Source of the DNA: Amphiscolops sp. MND2022 | Taxonomy: Eukaryota | Length of the DNA: 64,000 nt | NCBI GenBank assembly: GCA_964187785.1 | Contig: OZ076413.1 | Span: 47,618,001 to 47,682,000 of the forward strand | Reading direction: 5' to 3' | Shown here: positions 1 through 13,600 of the stretch, in pieces | Layout of the letters: every line of letters starts with the position of its first letter | How positions within the stretch are numbered: the first letter of the stretch is position 1 | Notes under the pieces: model-generated | The model's database searches: none | What the model saw: only the letters and a program-made list of their open reading frames with translations | What the model was told of the DNA's origin: nothing | Position numbers and translations under genes: made by a program

Positions 1-228
1 CAGTTCTCAGAAACTACTGAATGTTATTTATTTTCCATTTAACACAAGTTAGGGCATTCATTTATCTTTAATTTAGGCCATTTTCAAACCTTTTCTGACA
101 ACTGTAGCGATCACACGAAGATTTTAAAGGAAACTCATTTTTGGAAAATCGTCAAAATTTTATACGCACTTATTTTCAAAGCTTCCCCCCAATATGTTCT
201 CGTCATTGCACGGGGCTCATATTCTCAA

Positions 229-278
229 CTTAAGCTCTCCTTTGGACGGGCTGCTTAAGCTCTCCTTTGGACGGGCTG
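229..278. repeat. Perfect 25-bp tandem duplication
   Basis: cttaagctctcctttggacgggctg at 229-253 and 254-278. Confidence 0.9.
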
Positions 279-2138
279 TCGAATGCTGAAAACCGTTTGT
301 TGATATCTTTTTCCAACTTCGAGAAATCGCGTTTTGATTTTTAGTTTGCATTAAGAGAGGGGGTAATTCCAAAGTGTGCGGCGGCCGTTTTCTTATTAGC
401 TACGCGTACAGCCACTCACAGCACGTTCTAATTTTCATTCCTTTCGCTTTCTGCCACGCGTAGCTGAGTTGTATTCTATGCTGTTCACGCACACAGCGGA
501 GTTTTCACTCTCGCTTACCCTCAAACACATGTATTAACATAGTAATTTGACTAAATTTCTATTCACAGTATTTTATGACTTCTAATGCTTTTTCTGTGGA
601 AATTCGTTCCTGAAAAGTTCTTAAATGTTTACTCAACACGTAGTCAGGTCAGAAAGGAACATTTTGGTGGTTTAATTTTTCTTATATTCGCAATAGGTAT
701 TGAGAAATTCAATGTTAAAGTTTCGTTCCGAATAGAATTTTCATACATAGTTCCGAGTGGTGGCGGCCGTATTACTGCATTAATACGTTGCGCGGTCGCT
801 TCATTGTAGCTAAGAATGGTTATTTTGGTTGTCAACGGGACGGAATACAATAGTATTGACATTAAACAATAAGGCGAGGTACTTAAAGTACTTACTGTTA
901 TCTTAACTTTTATAGATATCACACCCGGATCATCTACCTTGCTGAAGGCATAAAATTTAATAAACACCATCTTTCAGGCGAAAAAGTCAAAAATCCTACA
1001 GTAACTTAGCAAGCATTTGCTCAGTTATTGAGAAAAAAACGAATTTTCTGAAATGTATTTTTTTTGCAATTTTTCACTTTTATCAGTTACTTTTTTTGCA
1101 AGTGGCTCGGAAAAAAATCTATTTTGACACAGATATCAATTCACACCAGATAGTCCAATCGATTGTCGATAAGAAAGACAATTTTTCGTTTTCCTCTATG
1201 CTTTTTGCGTGTCGTAATTTATTATTGATTGCGAAAAAAATCGCTGTCTTCATTTGAGGACGAAATCACTGTCGAGGCTATAGACCTTATAAAGCTATTT
1301 GAAGTTTTGTAGTGTCTATATTTATCTTAAATACCAGCGGACACAAAAATAATCCATTTACTAATTTTTAGCTTCAACTTTAGATCATACACTCCGAGGC
1401 CGTTATTCTGATGACTTTTTTGTGATTTGATGCAGTTTATCACCAGTATTGGTATTGGTTATTTACAGAAATTTATAGTAAAAGGAAAGTAATACAATGG
1501 TCATTTACAAAAACATGAAAGTCATAGCAAGACCTTTAAACGTATTTCAATTAGGCAACTACTTGTCAGGTCAGCCCAGGGCCTCCTAAATTCACACCAT
1601 GAACTGCTACTTAGCGCCCCAAGTTTTGGTCCAAATTTTGTAAATGAAGTTCATATGTTGACAACGCGTTTTTAGTATTACGTCAAACAATAATTGCGTT
1701 TTTGGCATCATCTGTTGATTATGTATTTGACAAATTGGCCGATTACTTTTCGAACGTAAGCAAAAAACTATTTTTGGTTCACTTTCTTTTGTTTTCATTT
1801 AGTTTCTGTAGATACCTTTCAAAGACATCTTCGAGAAATATACTCCGTCACTTCATTCAAAAATTTTAAATGTTTTACAAAGAAGAAGTTTGAGTTCAAC
1901 AATGAGATACATACTCGTTTGAGGGGTCACCATTGTTCATAAATGCTAGCCATGATAACTTTTACGACTGTCGTATGAACATTTTTTTAAAAATTGTTCT
2001 ACTAAGTTAATAATTTTCTACGATTGTGTTTTTGGCAACTTATATAATAAACAGGAAAAAGCAAGTTTAAAAATTATTAGTTGAGTTCACTTACTTGAGA
2101 AGCACACTTTTGTTTGATATAATCAACAAAAATCAGAC

Positions 2139-5100
2139 ATGGCTTTAAAACTGAACTGTAAGTTCATTTGGGTTTCTTTTCTGATCTCGGATTTTTGATT
2201 TGAAAATGATTAAAACGAAAACCTTGGAAATCATAATTTTAGCTTGCTTCGTTACTGACTGAATGAGAATATTAGTAAAAACAGATCGCTTCGTTTAAAT
2301 TAATATCAATAAAATACATTCCTGAAAATCTCCTCTTGAAATATTTTTTTTACCTGAGACTGATATTTCAGGAAAAGAGGATAAATTTTGTCGGAAAACG
2401 TAGTTTTTTTTAGCACAAAAACGTTCGTGTGAGAAGCTATGAGACTTGAGGCTAGTGAAAAGGCTTTCATTTCAAAACTTGTTCAGCATCGATATTTTTG
2501 AACAAAAGCAAAATCCAAGCATGTTTTTTTTTCATCTTCGAATGTAATCAAACCCTTTTTTTGTTGTAGTGGTTCTACTGCTGGCCTTCCCAGCAATTGT
2601 CTATGGATGTTCGCGAGATTCCGACTGCTTTCCTGAGTCCTTATTCAGTCTGGGTAACAGATGTTGCGCCGGCAGCTGCATGTCATGGGAAGACTGCAAA
2701 ATGTGAGTTTTTTCGATGCCAGATTTCGAAAAATTAGCGTCTGAGGTATTTTGAAGTTCAGAATTCATGGACTGTCTGGGGTGTCTACAAAACTCGATAT
2801 TTCGTTTGTTGAAATTATTCATCGAAAAAGGCAGCGTTTTCTTCCTGCTGGTGCTTCCTTTCCTCTATCATCCATTTCCGCTTTCCTGATAAAATTTAAT
2901 AGACTGCAGAAAAGAAGAACATCTCACTGCAGTACAACTTCATTCTCTTGTTCTCTTGTAATTCATGATGTCAACTTATCCACTTTCTCCGCTTCAATTT
3001 TCGTCTCTTGTATGTAAAATTAATGACGTCAACGGATCAACGTTTCCTCTACGATTATTCCGGCGAACAATATCGAGCAGTCTCAAGTTCGTACAATGAA
3101 AATTTCTGAATTTTGAGGACCCAGATTTGAGCTTTTGTAAAAACAATGAGTTTCCAGCGTTTCCTAACTGATTTCTAGGTCATTTATTGGTTCATCTCGA
3201 GATCATAAAATAACTTCGGTTGCTTTATTTCAAAGGTAGCTAGAACCCAAATTGACTTTGGTCGAAATTAATAACATCTTGAATGTTTCTCAAGGCATAC
3301 AGAAAATTATTTTATTGCCCAACTTGAGTACGCAAGGTGCATTACAAAGCTTACAGTTTTGTTCTTTCCTCACAGCTTTACCCATTCTAGACATCTCTAT
3401 GGCTTCCAACAGCAGGATCCGATAAGAACCTTCCGAAAAGCAGGAAGATTTTTAAATAAACGCCTGTTTGATTTTCTTTCAAAATCTAAAAACTGGTCTC
3501 TTAGTTTGCTGTTTTCTTAACATTAGTTTTGCTTTCGCGTATCAATCAATTTTTCACAAGGTCATCTTTTGAAGCATAATTGTTTTTCATGGTACAATAC
3601 AGTCCAGTAATTTTTCCCGTACCCAATGAAACCTCTCTCAGAGTGTTTAGATGTTTTGTCAAACCATTCCTTTTCGTTTTAAAACATGGACTCTAACTTT
3701 CTTCAAATATATTTTACACGTTTTTCTCCAGCACAAAACAACTTGAACCTTGGTACGTTATGTTGCCCACTGAACTTGATTTCTTGTGTCTGTAGGTACC
3801 ACAATGCAGAATGGAACAGCAAGGGGGTGTATAATAAAGCTTGGGATATGGAATGTGCCGAGGACTACGAGTGTGAATGGGCGGCCAAAGCGAAAATGTG
3901 GAACAAAAACGACGAGACGAGATGTTGCAGTGACCACTGTAGAACCCAGAGTCAATGCGATGCGTTAGTAGTGTCAATTACCGGATCAGACTTTATAACG
4001 ATTCTACCCAGTGTTCGAAGCCAAAAAACGCTTGCCATGATCATGGTTAATCATAAATAACCTTGCTACCCTTGTCAAGATCATGGCAAATTATGATACA
4101 TGGAACGCTTGTCAAGATCATGGCAAGGTCTTGGCAAGGCTACCAAGGAACTTGCCATAGATCTTGGCAAGGATACCATGGCTTCGAACACTGTGTGTAT
4201 ATGTGAATAAAACGGCTCATATTGTTCTATTCGTTCAGTAATAAAGTCAAAACACCATGTGAACAAAGTCAAACAAGATACGAAGAAATCAAAACTGTGG
4301 GAAACGTTAGAGTCGGAGTTGTTAATGAGTCATTGCCAAAATGTCTCCATGAGTGAAAGAATACCCCTCATCCTACTCCCCGAAAATGCCTGTTGATGCT
4401 ATGTTAAAAACACCAAATTTGCAGCCAATGTCAATTAGAAGAACGTAGTTTCAGAAAAAAATAAAAGGTTGAAACTATTCTGAAAACTGAATCCAAACAC
4501 CCAAAGCTACAAATTATGACTCGTTAAGGTTTTTCGCATTTCAAAAACTGGTCCTGAAATAGTACAGTTTTGTTTATTTTTTTTCTAGCATAAACTTGCA
4601 GTGATCAAAGACAATCAAGTGGGTCTTCGAATGTTTTTAACATTGTGTCATTGGTTTCAGAGGCGCGATCGTTGCCTTGATTCTCATCATCATCGCTTGC
4701 ATTTGCTGCTGTGGTTGTTGCATTGTCATTCCCATCGTCATATATTTTGTTGTCAAGAAGCAGAGTAAGTTTTTTTACCCAAATGAAACCATCTAGTTTT
4801 GTTATCCTCATCTCTTCAATGGCAATTATAGCTGTACAAGTTTCGAAAAAGCAAAAAATGTTGTGAAACAAAATACGAATAAGAACTGGTGAACCAAGAA
4901 GTTGAAGTCAACTATTGGAGCTAATAGGCATACAGGACTAAAAGTAAAACTACGCCATTGCTTTGCTTTTCTAGATTACCAGAAAACTCAACACAAGCGA
5001 ACTCAACAGAAGAAAACTCAACACCGAAAACGCAACACATTTTAAGCTACTGCCTATTGAATACATGAATAATATGAAATAATCGTAATCGCTCATAAAT

Positions 5101-6504
5101 TATGCATTTTACCTAATTTTTCTAAAAAATAATTTAATTGCATTTAAACTTTTTCTATCGTTTAGCAATACCTTCAACTAATCCGTGACTTGTGTAGAAC
5201 TGAAATGTAAGAGATGGTGCTGTTACAAATGTACCATCGCAAATGAGAACCTCGGCATCCTTTTAGCTTTTAGATATTCTCGTTGAGGTTTTACTCCAAA
5301 AACTATCATTCGGTCTTCGCCAGTTTAAAGGCCAAAATCAAATATCAGCATGTTTTCTTGGTGATCTCCGTACTCACAGGAAATCAAATTATCCGGAAAT
5401 GTGACAGATCCTGAGACAGTTGGTATAAAGGCTCTTTAGTTGTTGTAAAGCGTCTTTTTCAAATGATCAGAAGCTAGCATTTTAGATATCTTTTATATTC
5501 ATCGGAACTTTCCCGTTATATGACCAGGGAATTCACTTGGCACTGATTTGGCATATTCATTCTTTTGCATAGGCCATGTGAGCGCTCGCTTCATCAGGAT
5601 CGCAGGAATGGTTTTAGATGTGTTTTGATTTAAGCAAGATATCGCCTTTTGTCGAATTTTTGCAGGACATTTCTTTTTAAAGTATACCTTACATCCGCCA
5701 ATCTTGCTTCTCGTCTGAGGCTCGGTGCAAATTGTACATGTAACACGGCCTGATTGCAATTGGCTTGTTGCGTTGGCTTTTAGAAATTTCGTTTATATCC
5801 CTTGAAGATTACAATCCAGATATGTTGTTAAGAGTGTATTGTGACGTGAAATAATGAACTTCATGTGTGTCTGAGAGGAATTGCAATTGTGACCAAATAC
5901 AAACGCATGATATACCGACATAACAATTAGTAAGATTCCGGAAATCAAACTCAATTGAGGTGTTAACCAAAATTAAATAGACGTGTTGAAATGTGTTAAG
6001 CTTTTTTGTGTTGAGTTTTCTGTGTTGAGTGTTCTTGTGTTGAGCTTTCTGTATTCAGTTTTCTTTGCGTTGAGTTTTCGTGTGTTGAGTTTTGCGTACC
6101 CCTTTTCTGACGCTCCTATTACACAACTGTATCGTTTTTTTTTGAAACTCTCGAGTAAATTAACTCAAGAAGTAGTTTTCCTTGTTCCTAAGTGCCAATT
6201 GTTTCTTTTTTTTGTTTTCGTACATTTATCCTTTGCGAAAAGTTTGCAAACCATTTCAAGGCATTTTCCATTTTAGTTTGTTTCTTCAAAATTCAAAAAC
6301 TGAGATAATTCATTTACAAAAAGGAATTTCAAATCTGATCCAATTTTTTCTTCTACCCATTTTTTTGATTTCTGCGGTTTTTCAGACAAAAACAATGTCC
6401 AAGGTCATGCGATGGCCCCTGGAGCTCAGTACCCTGGAGCAGCACCCTACAACTCCATGTATCCACCCGCTCCTCCTACTTATCAACCACCCGACAAAAT
6501 TTGA
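2139..6504 (+). CDS. Host gene A: spliced single-pass membrane protein with signal peptide, two Cys-rich modules, TM with Cys cluster and Pro/Tyr-rich PPxY tail (Shisa-like/CYYR1/WBP1-type architecture)
   Basis: In-frame GT-AG exon chain 2139-2157, 2570-2702, 3732-3752, 3796-3963, 4661-4764, 6386-6504 gives MALKLNLVLLLAFPAIVYG-CSRDSDCF..RCCAGSCMSWEDCK..CAEDYEC..RCCSDHCRTQSQC..GAIVALILIIIACICCCGCCIVIPIVIYFVVKKQ..PGAQYPGAAPYNSMYPPAPPTYQPPDKI*. Main exons and phases are conserved in the paralog at 52262-56196. Small extra exons cannot be excluded. Confidence 0.8.
4007..4195. mobile_element. MITE in intron of gene A
   Basis: TIRs cagtgttcgaagcc...ggcttcgaacactg and internal cttgccatgatcatgg/cttgtcaagatcatgg repeats; absent from the corresponding intron of paralog B (~55080-55130). 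Confidence 0.75.
4973..6100 (-). mobile_element. Non-autonomous DNA transposon, probably a MULE/Mutator deletion derivative with a decayed FLYWCH-like remnant
   Basis: Left subterminal aaaactcaacaca repeats are mirrored by right tgtgttgagtttt repeats. Flanks gcttttct / ccttttct (7/8-bp TSD). Minus strand ~5790-5590 reads, across frameshifts, KSQRNKPIAI..YMYNLH..WRC..CPAKI..NH (FLYWCH-like). Confidence 0.55.
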
Positions 6505-7487
6505 GGGGGGAAAAGATCAAACCATTGATGAGATACCACTTTAAACGAAAGTGGATAAACAAACATAAACTTGACTAATGGAAAATTCAAACAATTCAGT
6601 GATATTTGTGGGACTTCCTATGAACAAACGTGTTACGAAATAGAAACTTTATTTTCATAGAAGAACCATGTCGTTGAAGTTATATGCACAGTATAAATAG
6701 TTTAAAGATTACTTAAAGCTCACTTTTGCTCGGAAATTGTTATAAAATCAGAAAATCCTTTCAATCGACGAACAAAAATAGGTTCCCAGTTTATGTAGAT
6801 TTCAGTAAATATACTTCCCACAGAGCAAAAATCATCGTTTGGATACTTTTGCTTGTTTAGGTCACCATTTATATTAATAAAACGACTTTATTTTTGACAA
6901 CTTATTTCGATTCTAAGTGAACAGTGAACTTTTTGCTTGTAACTAATTGATATTCGCTTTGAAAATTAAGCACCAGGCAAGCATGTTTGAAAACTTCAAT
7001 TCGATTATGAGGTCTGCTGACGTCAAAAAAGTGGCCACCACTGGAGAGTGTTTGCATTTAAAAAATTAATGAAGAGACTATTAACCACTTGCTGCAAATA
7101 AATTCTAAAGTTCGAAATTTAATTCTTTGCGTTACTGGTGAGTAATGCAAAGTGCATGGTATCCACACAGAAGTTTCTAATCTTTGAGATATCTTAGTTA
7201 TACCGAGTAAAGACTAACGTAGAGACCAAAATGATAAAATCGCCTGTATACTGAGTTTAATTGTCAACAATTTTACATAACAATTGAAGTGACGAATGAA
7301 AAAACCAAACAAAAAACGAAGCTAAAAAGTTTGATTCCTGTCGCAGGCTGCCGCCTGTGATGGCACAAGAGTGTCTACTACAGCAAATGGCCAGGAAATA
7401 GCGCCTGGAACTCTTCCTATATTTTAAAATATAAACTAGCAAACACTTTCAGTCAAACAATTTTTACCGTTAATTTATTTTAGAAAC

Positions 7488-8221
7488 TGTAGCGATTACC
7501 TATCGAGTGCACGATTTCGAAAATTTCGATGAAAATTTCGTTCAAGGGACTATATCTCCTCTACTAAAGAGTCATATTCCGCTAGATGGCAGCGTGTCTT
7601 TATTCAAGTACCTGCCCACAGAATTGAAGAGAATTTGAGCAAAAGACTCGAGAGAGACCCCAACCGAACGAGAAGATTGCAGAAAAACACAGCCACTGTC
7701 AGAAAAAGACTCAAATTTCTGCCAAAACGGACTAAACTTTCCTCCAACCAGTGCTTTCTTCAGCGAAGCGTTACAAGACGCTGTGATTACCAAAAATGAG
7801 TCAATTAGCTTGACCAAGCATCCGTGCTTGTGTCCCCGGCTAATTGCTGCCTCAAAAGTGCTAATTATGTAGTAATTTTCGTATTTTCTTGTTGTAACAG
7901 CTCGTGAGCTACTCATTTCGATCTCCTGTGTAACTTCGATAAAACTTGATTTTTCCTTTCCACCACTTGCATTTTTTAAAGGCTGTCTAAGTGTTGGTTT
8001 CGAAGAAAAAGCGTAATGCGCACTACTGATAGCAATTACAGACTGGATCAGGCCGGCGAGCACTTCACAAGAAGCGGAATCCTCCTCTGACGGGACAGTT
8101 TTTACCCGAAAGAGGCAAAATGAGCTCATGGTCATGGGCGCCTGTCCCGGGCAAATACCCATATCATGTGTTCCTCTAACTCTTATGGTTACGGCGACAA
8201 TGGTGAGAGCTTGTCGTTACA
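7488..8221 (+). repeat. G1 5' LTR
   Basis: tgtagcgat...gtcgttaca, 734 bp, direct repeat of 25986-26719. Confidence 0.97.
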
Positions 8222-8238
8222 TAGAGACATCATTTTTT

Positions 8239-8256
8239 TGGCGACCACAGAGGGAT
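8239..8256 (+). promoter_or_regulatory. G1 primer-binding site, probably tRNA-Arg(UCG)
   Basis: tggcgaccacagagggat, identical in G2 (33710-33727); resembles the reverse complement of metazoan tRNA-Arg(UCG) 3' ends (...GTGGTCG-CCA); 17 nt downstream of the LTR end. Confidence 0.75.
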
Positions 8257-10615
8257 CGCTTCGAAGTGCTTCCCTTAATGGTTTTAAAATAGCCGACCCT
8301 CTGGTGATTGACGCCAAGTACGACCCGACTCTGATGGAAAGAAGAGAGAAGCAGAGTTTTTCCATATTTTTACCCTGTGTGTGTTATTGAAGACTTCAAC
8401 CCCGGTGGATAAAGGTAAATCTTGTAAAAAAGCGTTGTATGTTGTGATTTTCATGCTTTTTTAGTAGTTGACAGGTAATGATCGAAATAGCCTACCCTCT
8501 TAACGGGTCACTCATAAAATTGGTCTAGCAAGCCGCTGGGAGGCTGCTAGAAGTGTTAACAGGTGTTTTCCAGCCTTTTTCAGCTTTTTATGACCAATGA
8601 AGTGAGTGTTGGGAAGAGGATGATCCTTGCTCAGAGGAATCTTACAATCTGCCGAAACGAGTTGTACGACTCACCAATCCCATTTCCCGTACAGGCAACC
8701 TAGAGAAATGAAATTTGGTGGAGACGTACTACAAATGCTGACGTATCTAATGGTGCAACCTGTTAGTCTCTGGCTGTTCTGGATGATGAGCAAAAAGAAC
8801 GAGAAGACACGACTCGTCAGTCCGGGTTGTATGATATTTTTGAGTCAGGTTGAAAAAATTTTTTGGGTCACTCAAAATTTTGTGTACGATCATTTGCCAA
8901 TGTTTTTACGAGCCTTCTGCAACTAGGTGTGTGCTTTTGCACCTATTTGTGCGAAAAAAGTGCGTTTTTTCATGTATTTTCGACGAAAAGTGCCAAATTT
9001 GGCCATTTTGAGGCGAAACACCTACATGAGCGCGAGCGCTCTTGGTGCTAGCCACACACCTGCAGAAATTAAATAAAAGTAGCTCAGGACTCTAACGAGT
9101 TCGCAAAAAACGCGACGAAGTACTCAAAGTTGCCCGAAAAGGCACTTAGTATAAGTTTTGTGAGGAAAAAACCCCGTTTTTGAAAAACTGAACACTTTAG
9201 CACTTTGAACTTGTGGGGGAATTTGTATGGAAGCTTTTAAACACCCCCGTATGGTTGCAATTAGGTTGGGGTACACCTGCCGGTACCCAACAATACCCAT
9301 TTTGGTGATTATAACCACTACTTCTTAAAAAAAGTTACGAGAACTGTGATTTTGAGGTTTTTCTATAGTACTCTCAGAAGAAACCCAACTTGACTATTGA
9401 CGAACACTTTTACGCTTAGAGCAGCCCCAGGGCTATTGTTTTCAGTTTATTCGGTAAATTTAACGATCTACAGTAAGGACCGCATCCCAAAACTCCTTTT
9501 CAGTGCTGAGAAAAGTAGAAAAATGCACTGAAAAACCTCCATTTTCCTAAAATCCGGACTGTCTCTGAGCTAAGGTCGGGTCATTGATTCTTGGACCTTA
9601 GCCAAAAGGTGGTTGCACTTTCATAACCACCACTAAAAATAACGCTAGTGCCGAAAATTTGGTGGACGTAACTTTCACCAAAATCGAGAAAAGTTCTCTA
9701 ACACTTCAACTTCAGAGGACTGTGAAACTGCCGAAATAATCTAAAACTGAAGGACTGTCGGTGCCTTGTGTTTAACGGGCACACCTAATCGAGGGTTTAT
9801 CCTAGTGCTACGAGTAGTGGGGCAACAAGTAGATCCCATTTTTTTAGCCCTACCATTTTTTGAGGCGACCCTCTTAGCTAATTTGTAAAAAAAAAAAAGT
9901 AGTCCAAAATTGTTTTTCCTTATGAGTGTTGTCCAAGTAAGGTCGAAACCTCAAATAAGCGTCCGCGCTTTCTCTTGATGGTTTCACCGGCATTGTACAC
10001 ACTCATCGGCTGTAACCACAAAGTTTCGTGTCAATCCAACCGGTACTTGATGAGAAAATAGAAAAAACGTACCACTCAAAAAGTCGGGCATAGAGGGTAA
10101 TTTTTCAAATTTTTCCTGGGTGATCCGAGTACCTTAATTGAAAAACGAGGTTGAATTGCAGTTCATTTCTATCATTTGTACCAGATATTACGTTGTTTTG
10201 CAAATTCTGAGCCCGCTAGCTTTTTTCAATGGAGAATAATCTTGAAGTAAGTATGGAAATTGACGTATCTTGATGACTAAGGGTACCGAACGTCCGGATC
10301 AGCCTGAATCTTGAAATAAAAACCTTAGCTTAGATTTAATTTTGCTATCGTGTAGTACACCTACCACAAGGTTAGGTGGCCAATTTTCAAGTGTTTCCGA
10401 CGATTAGACGTTGCGTTCGAGGCATCTTAGTCATTTATAAAGAAATATAAAAAACTCAAAAATTGTCTAAAAACCCAATTGTTTGCGAATCAGCTATTCC
10501 GTAAGCCCCAAACGCACGGTTTCCGGCCCCACACCACGGTATCAACGCGCTGTGTAAGTTTCACGCCGGTACGACCCCTAGATCGATTTTTGACTTTTTC
10601 GAGACGTGCGAAGTC

Positions 10616-13600
10616 ATGAAGCCCAACAGTTTGCGTAACCTTTGGATTTCCATAACGAGAACGTTAAGCCGCACGAACACCCAGCGACGCTCTAATCATT
10701 CAAAAAGGGGGAGGAAGGACACCTCGCGATGCACTGAAGCATCGAAAACACCAGACCCAACGGGGTGCGAGACAAATCTCAGTGCAATATCAGACCTGAC
10801 CTCAGACCCCAGGGAGGAAGATTGGCCAACTGACGACAGTTTCGTTATGGAACCCGATTTTTCAGACCCTATGTCAGACGACGCATCAGAGGAGTATCAG
10901 GCTAAGCCGATCGCCAAGGCTACCGATGATATCGGAGGTTCTGCAGACGAAACAGGAAGTCAGGCGCACACGTCCAAATGGTTACAAGAACTGACCAAAG
11001 TAGCCGTCACACCTTTCGGTACTGACGAAGCAAGAACATGGCCCAATTCCAACAGGACAAACGCTGAGGAAGAAGCTGAAATGAGTTGCTTGAATGCCAC
11101 TGGACAACTCAAAGCTCCCAGCGTGGCCAGCGAGAGCACTGCAAACACGGCAGAGATATTGCAACAAATGTCTTATGTCGGGGGTATGAATTATGCCAGG
11201 GCACGTCTTCAAGAAGCCACGGCCCCCCGAGCATCTGGGAAGGGTAAGCAAGTACGGCCTCCAGCCTTACTAGCACAGACCGGCACTACCGGACCTCATG
11301 GCGACTCGCGCTCATCCTCACCCTCATCAAAAGCTGCATCTGCCCGATCTTCAGCATATCGAGCCGTACATGAAGCAGCGAAAACGCGCAAAGCTCTGTT
11401 AGATGCCCAGATAGGCGTAAAGCAAGCTGCTTCACAACTGTCTGAGCGTAAAGCAAGGTGCGATAGAGAGCATCAGTCAATAATGGAGGAGATAGAAGCC
11501 GTACAAACTGAACTGCGAACATCGACTGAGCGACAAGCGCAAGGACATGAAATTCAGGCAGCCCGAGTGGATGCCATGGGTTATCGATTGGCCGAAATAA
11601 AGGACATGGTGACCGAAAGAGAGGTACGCATGGAAGCTCAACTGCAAGAGGTATGTTCACAGATACAGATACAAGCAATGGGCACTATGTTGAAGAATAT
11701 CCAACCTCAACCCGCACCAGTAAGCAACACCATCAAAGAGTTGCTGCAAGACACTGATATATCACTGCCAAAACCCATGAAAAGCGTCTCCCTCAAGCCA
11801 AAAGAGAGTGTGACGATTTCAACAAACCCATCTGGCTCTAAACAACACTTGGCCAGGTACGCGCCCTTGCCACAAACTCTGGTCTCAAATGGAGAAGCTG
11901 CGTCAACATCGACGAAATTTATCCCATCCGCGGTATCAACAAAAAATATTCCACCCACGACCAAAACTCACAGGAAAGAACCAACGTGCGAGGTGATAAC
12001 TATCGACACTTCAAGCATGGGTATCAGCGACCTGCGAGAGCCCACACGCACAAACGTGCTAACCGAAGTCACCAGCACCTTCCAAACAGCAAATGCAACT
12101 TTGGGAGAATCAGCTGCAGAATTCCAAACCGCGAACGACGAATTACCCCCGGGCAACCCATGCGCCAGCAGCACTCGACGCCGAGAAGTGACTCTCCCCG
12201 AGAACACCGATGACTCTGTCAACTCAACGCGAGGCAGCAGTATCCCGCCACCAGCTATCAGTGAAGAAGCGCCTATATCACCGGAGCAACTTAGGTTTAC
12301 CGAGGCAATATCCAAAGCCATGTCCAAGGAACTAGCGCCGCTGATTGCTAATCGAGATCAAACTAGGGTGCGCCCTACGGTATACAAAGGCACAAAAGAT
12401 GGTTCTGTCGATGGATGGCTCCCAGTGATGAAGCGATTTCTAGAAAGGGTACATGCAAAATCCCCAAAGATCGACAGAGCCTGGGCTATCATCGATCACC
12501 TGGAAGGAGAGGCAAGAAATTATATAATCAACAAATCTGAACCTGAACGAGACGAGCCCGACAAGGTATTCTCTCTCTTGGCCAGCAGATTTGGAACCGG
12601 TGGAAATCGCATGCATGTCAGGCAAACCTTCATGTCTCGTGTCCAACAGGAAAAAGAGGATTGGATGCAATTCTTAGACGCATTGGAAGGTCTGCGCACC
12701 CAAGGTTTCCCAGACGAGCCTATCACTACACGTCGTTACGAGATCCTGCAACGTTTTATAGATGGCATCAATGACCCGACGCTGCGACAAGAGTTGGCCG
12801 TGGTGTACGCTGCAGAATCATATCTGACCGAGCCACCAACTGTAGAATCCCTAAGGTTCACCACGAGACAATTACAACGGCATCGCCCAAACGCGTCAAA
12901 ACCTTACGACCCAAGGTATGCAATGAGATCGAGGCCTCACCCTTTCGTGCCAGGAAAATTGGTTCATCCAGCACCAGGCCTACCGCAAAACGTACTACCT
13001 CCTAACCAAGGACAACGAGAGGCTAAACCCCAAATGGCTCCACCAGGCCCTGCATCGGTAAAACAAGCTCCTGCACAACAGCAACCAGCGAGAGTGATTC
13101 CCCAAGGAGCATGCTTCAACTGTGGACTACCAGGTCACTTTGCAAGGGAATGCCCAAGTCGAGACCTAGCAAGGAAACCAGCGGCTCGCGCTGCACCCGA
13201 AGAGCGAGTAAACTTATGCGAGAATAATGTGGCCTCTGCATGTTCTGGCCCCGTATTCTGTGTAAATTGTGGCATGACCGAACACTCTGCATCACAATGC
13301 CAAAATGTTCCAGTACATGAGGATTTGGCCTACAGCCTCTGGGCTGAACAGCCATCTGCTTCTCAAACAATGAGTGACAGCGAAATGGTACTCATGCTTC
13401 GCCCTGCTGAAGCCGCTCACGTGACGACGCCCCTTACCGTCACATGTGGCAAAATCCAAATCCAGACGAACCCGGAGCCAACTACTTTTGATCCCTCGGG
13501 ACGCACTATCATGTCTGTCCGATTACTATTGGCGATTGAGAGAGAAACCCGCCCAGAACTCACCATAGACGCCCTGATAGACGAGATAACCGCAAACGAG

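Noticed and set aside
4589..4618. Extra micro-exon before the TM exon (conserved gtgggt donor-like site; 55446-55482 in gene B)
   Set aside because: It gives an in-frame TGA in gene A and is not a multiple of 3 in gene B; the flanking exons join in frame without it. Needs RNA-seq.
4981..6100. Short interspaced repeats (aaaactcaacaca; also aactaagatcta at 32560-33040) as a CRISPR-like array
   Set aside because: Eukaryotic context; the repeats are short, irregularly spaced and inverted at the two ends, as expected for transposon subterminal repeats.
7572..8162. 196-aa antisense ORF in both G1 LTRs
   Set aside because: It appears twice only because the LTR is duplicated; no recognisable motif, and no equivalent ORF in the G2 LTR or the 53375 solo LTR.
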